A stretch of 63,694 bases of DNA, filler included, from Nemertoderma westbladi (taxonomy: Eukaryota > Animalia > Xenacoelomorpha): the NCBI GenBank assembly GCA_032718475.1. It is 3 parts of 3 records of this genome, joined end to end, with 100 filler letters (N's around TTAATTAATTAA, not from the genome) between each part and the next. Parts side by side here need not be neighbours in the genome. Positions count along the whole stretch, not along the records: positions 56,824 to 63,694 come from JAUCBJ010001048.1; 2 more parts are not named here. One strand, written 5' to 3'. Below the pieces are notes generated by a model. That model had not been told where the DNA came from. It saw only the letters and a program-made list of their open reading frames with translations, and did no database searches. The position numbers were made by a program, and so were the translations under genes. How positions within the stretch are numbered: the first letter of the stretch is position 1; each line of letters begins with the position of its first letter. Of this stretch, positions 62,549 to 63,694 are shown piece after piece.

Positions 62549-63694
62549 TATATTTGCACCATCACCATGCATGGTATAATACAATACAAGTAATTAATAT
62601 AATATTAGACCTATTAACATTAGCATACGTTATTCGCATACAGACTCAAGCAATACTGCAAATGCATGCATGAAAAAATTATAATAAAATACATCCTTAC
62701 ATTCACCCAAAACATAAATATAGAATAATATCAAAGCATCCTCATTTTCAATATTTATTCAGTTATATTTTGAGTATTATTTTAATGGTAATTTTACAAG
62801 ATGGTGCTTATACGTTATGGTGGTGGTGGTGGTTGATTATAATTCTGTACACGAATATTCTTACGATTTACTTATTATCAGTAATATAGTGTCTCGAAAC
62901 AACCTCTCCACAATTTTTTTACAACACTTTTTCCTATTGCTTGAAATTTCATACACAAAATGTTCCAACACACCAGAGTTACAGCGGAGCCAGAATTACG
63001 TATTTTTATTAATTTATTTTGATTGAATTTGAATTTAAAATTATAATGTTGTAAAATTGCACCTTTCATATTGGGGCCTTCTTCACATTAGTTCCTATTG
63101 ATAATCTGTCATTTAGAGTCAGCAGGAAGGTGGGGGGGGGGGGGGGGGGAATCCCCTCTATGCGAATTTATATCTCGTCTGGCTCCCGGAAAAATGCCCT
63201 CCAGACAACAATGCCTCCTGAACAAATTCCCCCCAAACAATTTTCCCCCGGACAAATGCCCCCTGCCAATTACTTTACTTTTTTTAGGTCCGCGAAGCGA
63301 GACCTCTATTATTCACTCCTTTGGGAGATATTCGGACTTCGAATCTCTAGGTATCAAGTTCAATCCTCACATTCCGCTGAATTTTAAGCCATTCGAGAAG
63401 ACAGTTCATGCGTTAGTAGATGCGGACCTTTGACCTTTGCCCTATTTCGTGCTTGTTTTGACCTGAGACTCGCTAGTGCTTTTTTTTATAACATAATTTA
63501 ATGGCTTCATTTCGTTAACATTTAATTTTTATTGTAATGAAATAATTCAGTTTTAAAATAGCAGATTTACTCAGGAAATAAATAAGCAAACGTGAAAAAT
63601 ATTTATTTTAATTGTTAAATATTTGTAATTTCTTTTCATTTTTATAACAAGCTAGGAACTGGATAGCTAACTAGGAACAACCATATTTGCTTTC

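Noticed and set aside
63180-63270. GGACAAATGCCCCC-type short repeats (also GCATTAGGTCC repeats at 8745-8840 and ATGCCCTATA repeats at 31940-32075)
   Set aside because: Probably subterminal repeats of decayed DNA transposons, but no paired TIR or TSD could be defined.

Overview
AT-rich, repeat-dense animal (invertebrate-like) nuclear DNA with two 100-bp scaffold gaps. Host genes are few: a partial spliced alpha-carbonic anhydrase with an intact zinc site but a remodelled active-site loop (1850-3038), a single-exon GKAP1 homologue (9234-10118), a two-member orphan family (29042-30028 intact with a Cys-rich C-terminus, 11780-12093 truncated), and a single-exon ACSF2-like acyl-CoA synthetase (60120-61865). 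The rest is mostly transposons. There are two minus-strand BEL/Pao LTR retrotransposons: a gag-only deletion derivative (12274-19369, ATTAT target-site duplication) and a ~20-kb element (32362-52331) with a nested solo LTR and a hAT MITE. There are also several RTE-like LINE copies, an IS3EU-like end, Harbinger, Tc1/mariner/pogo and Helitron/Helentron-type non-autonomous elements, minisatellites and a 1.8-kb tandem duplication. The strongest candidate for a novel system is a decayed ~1,200-aa extra ORF between integrase and the 3' LTR of the large BEL element, where env normally sits. It encodes a WRN/EXD/mut-7-like DEDDy 3'-5' exonuclease domain, three CCHC zinc knuckles and an Arg-rich tail. 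A 16-bp palindrome recurs five times through the same element. All calls are by eye; no database searches were run.
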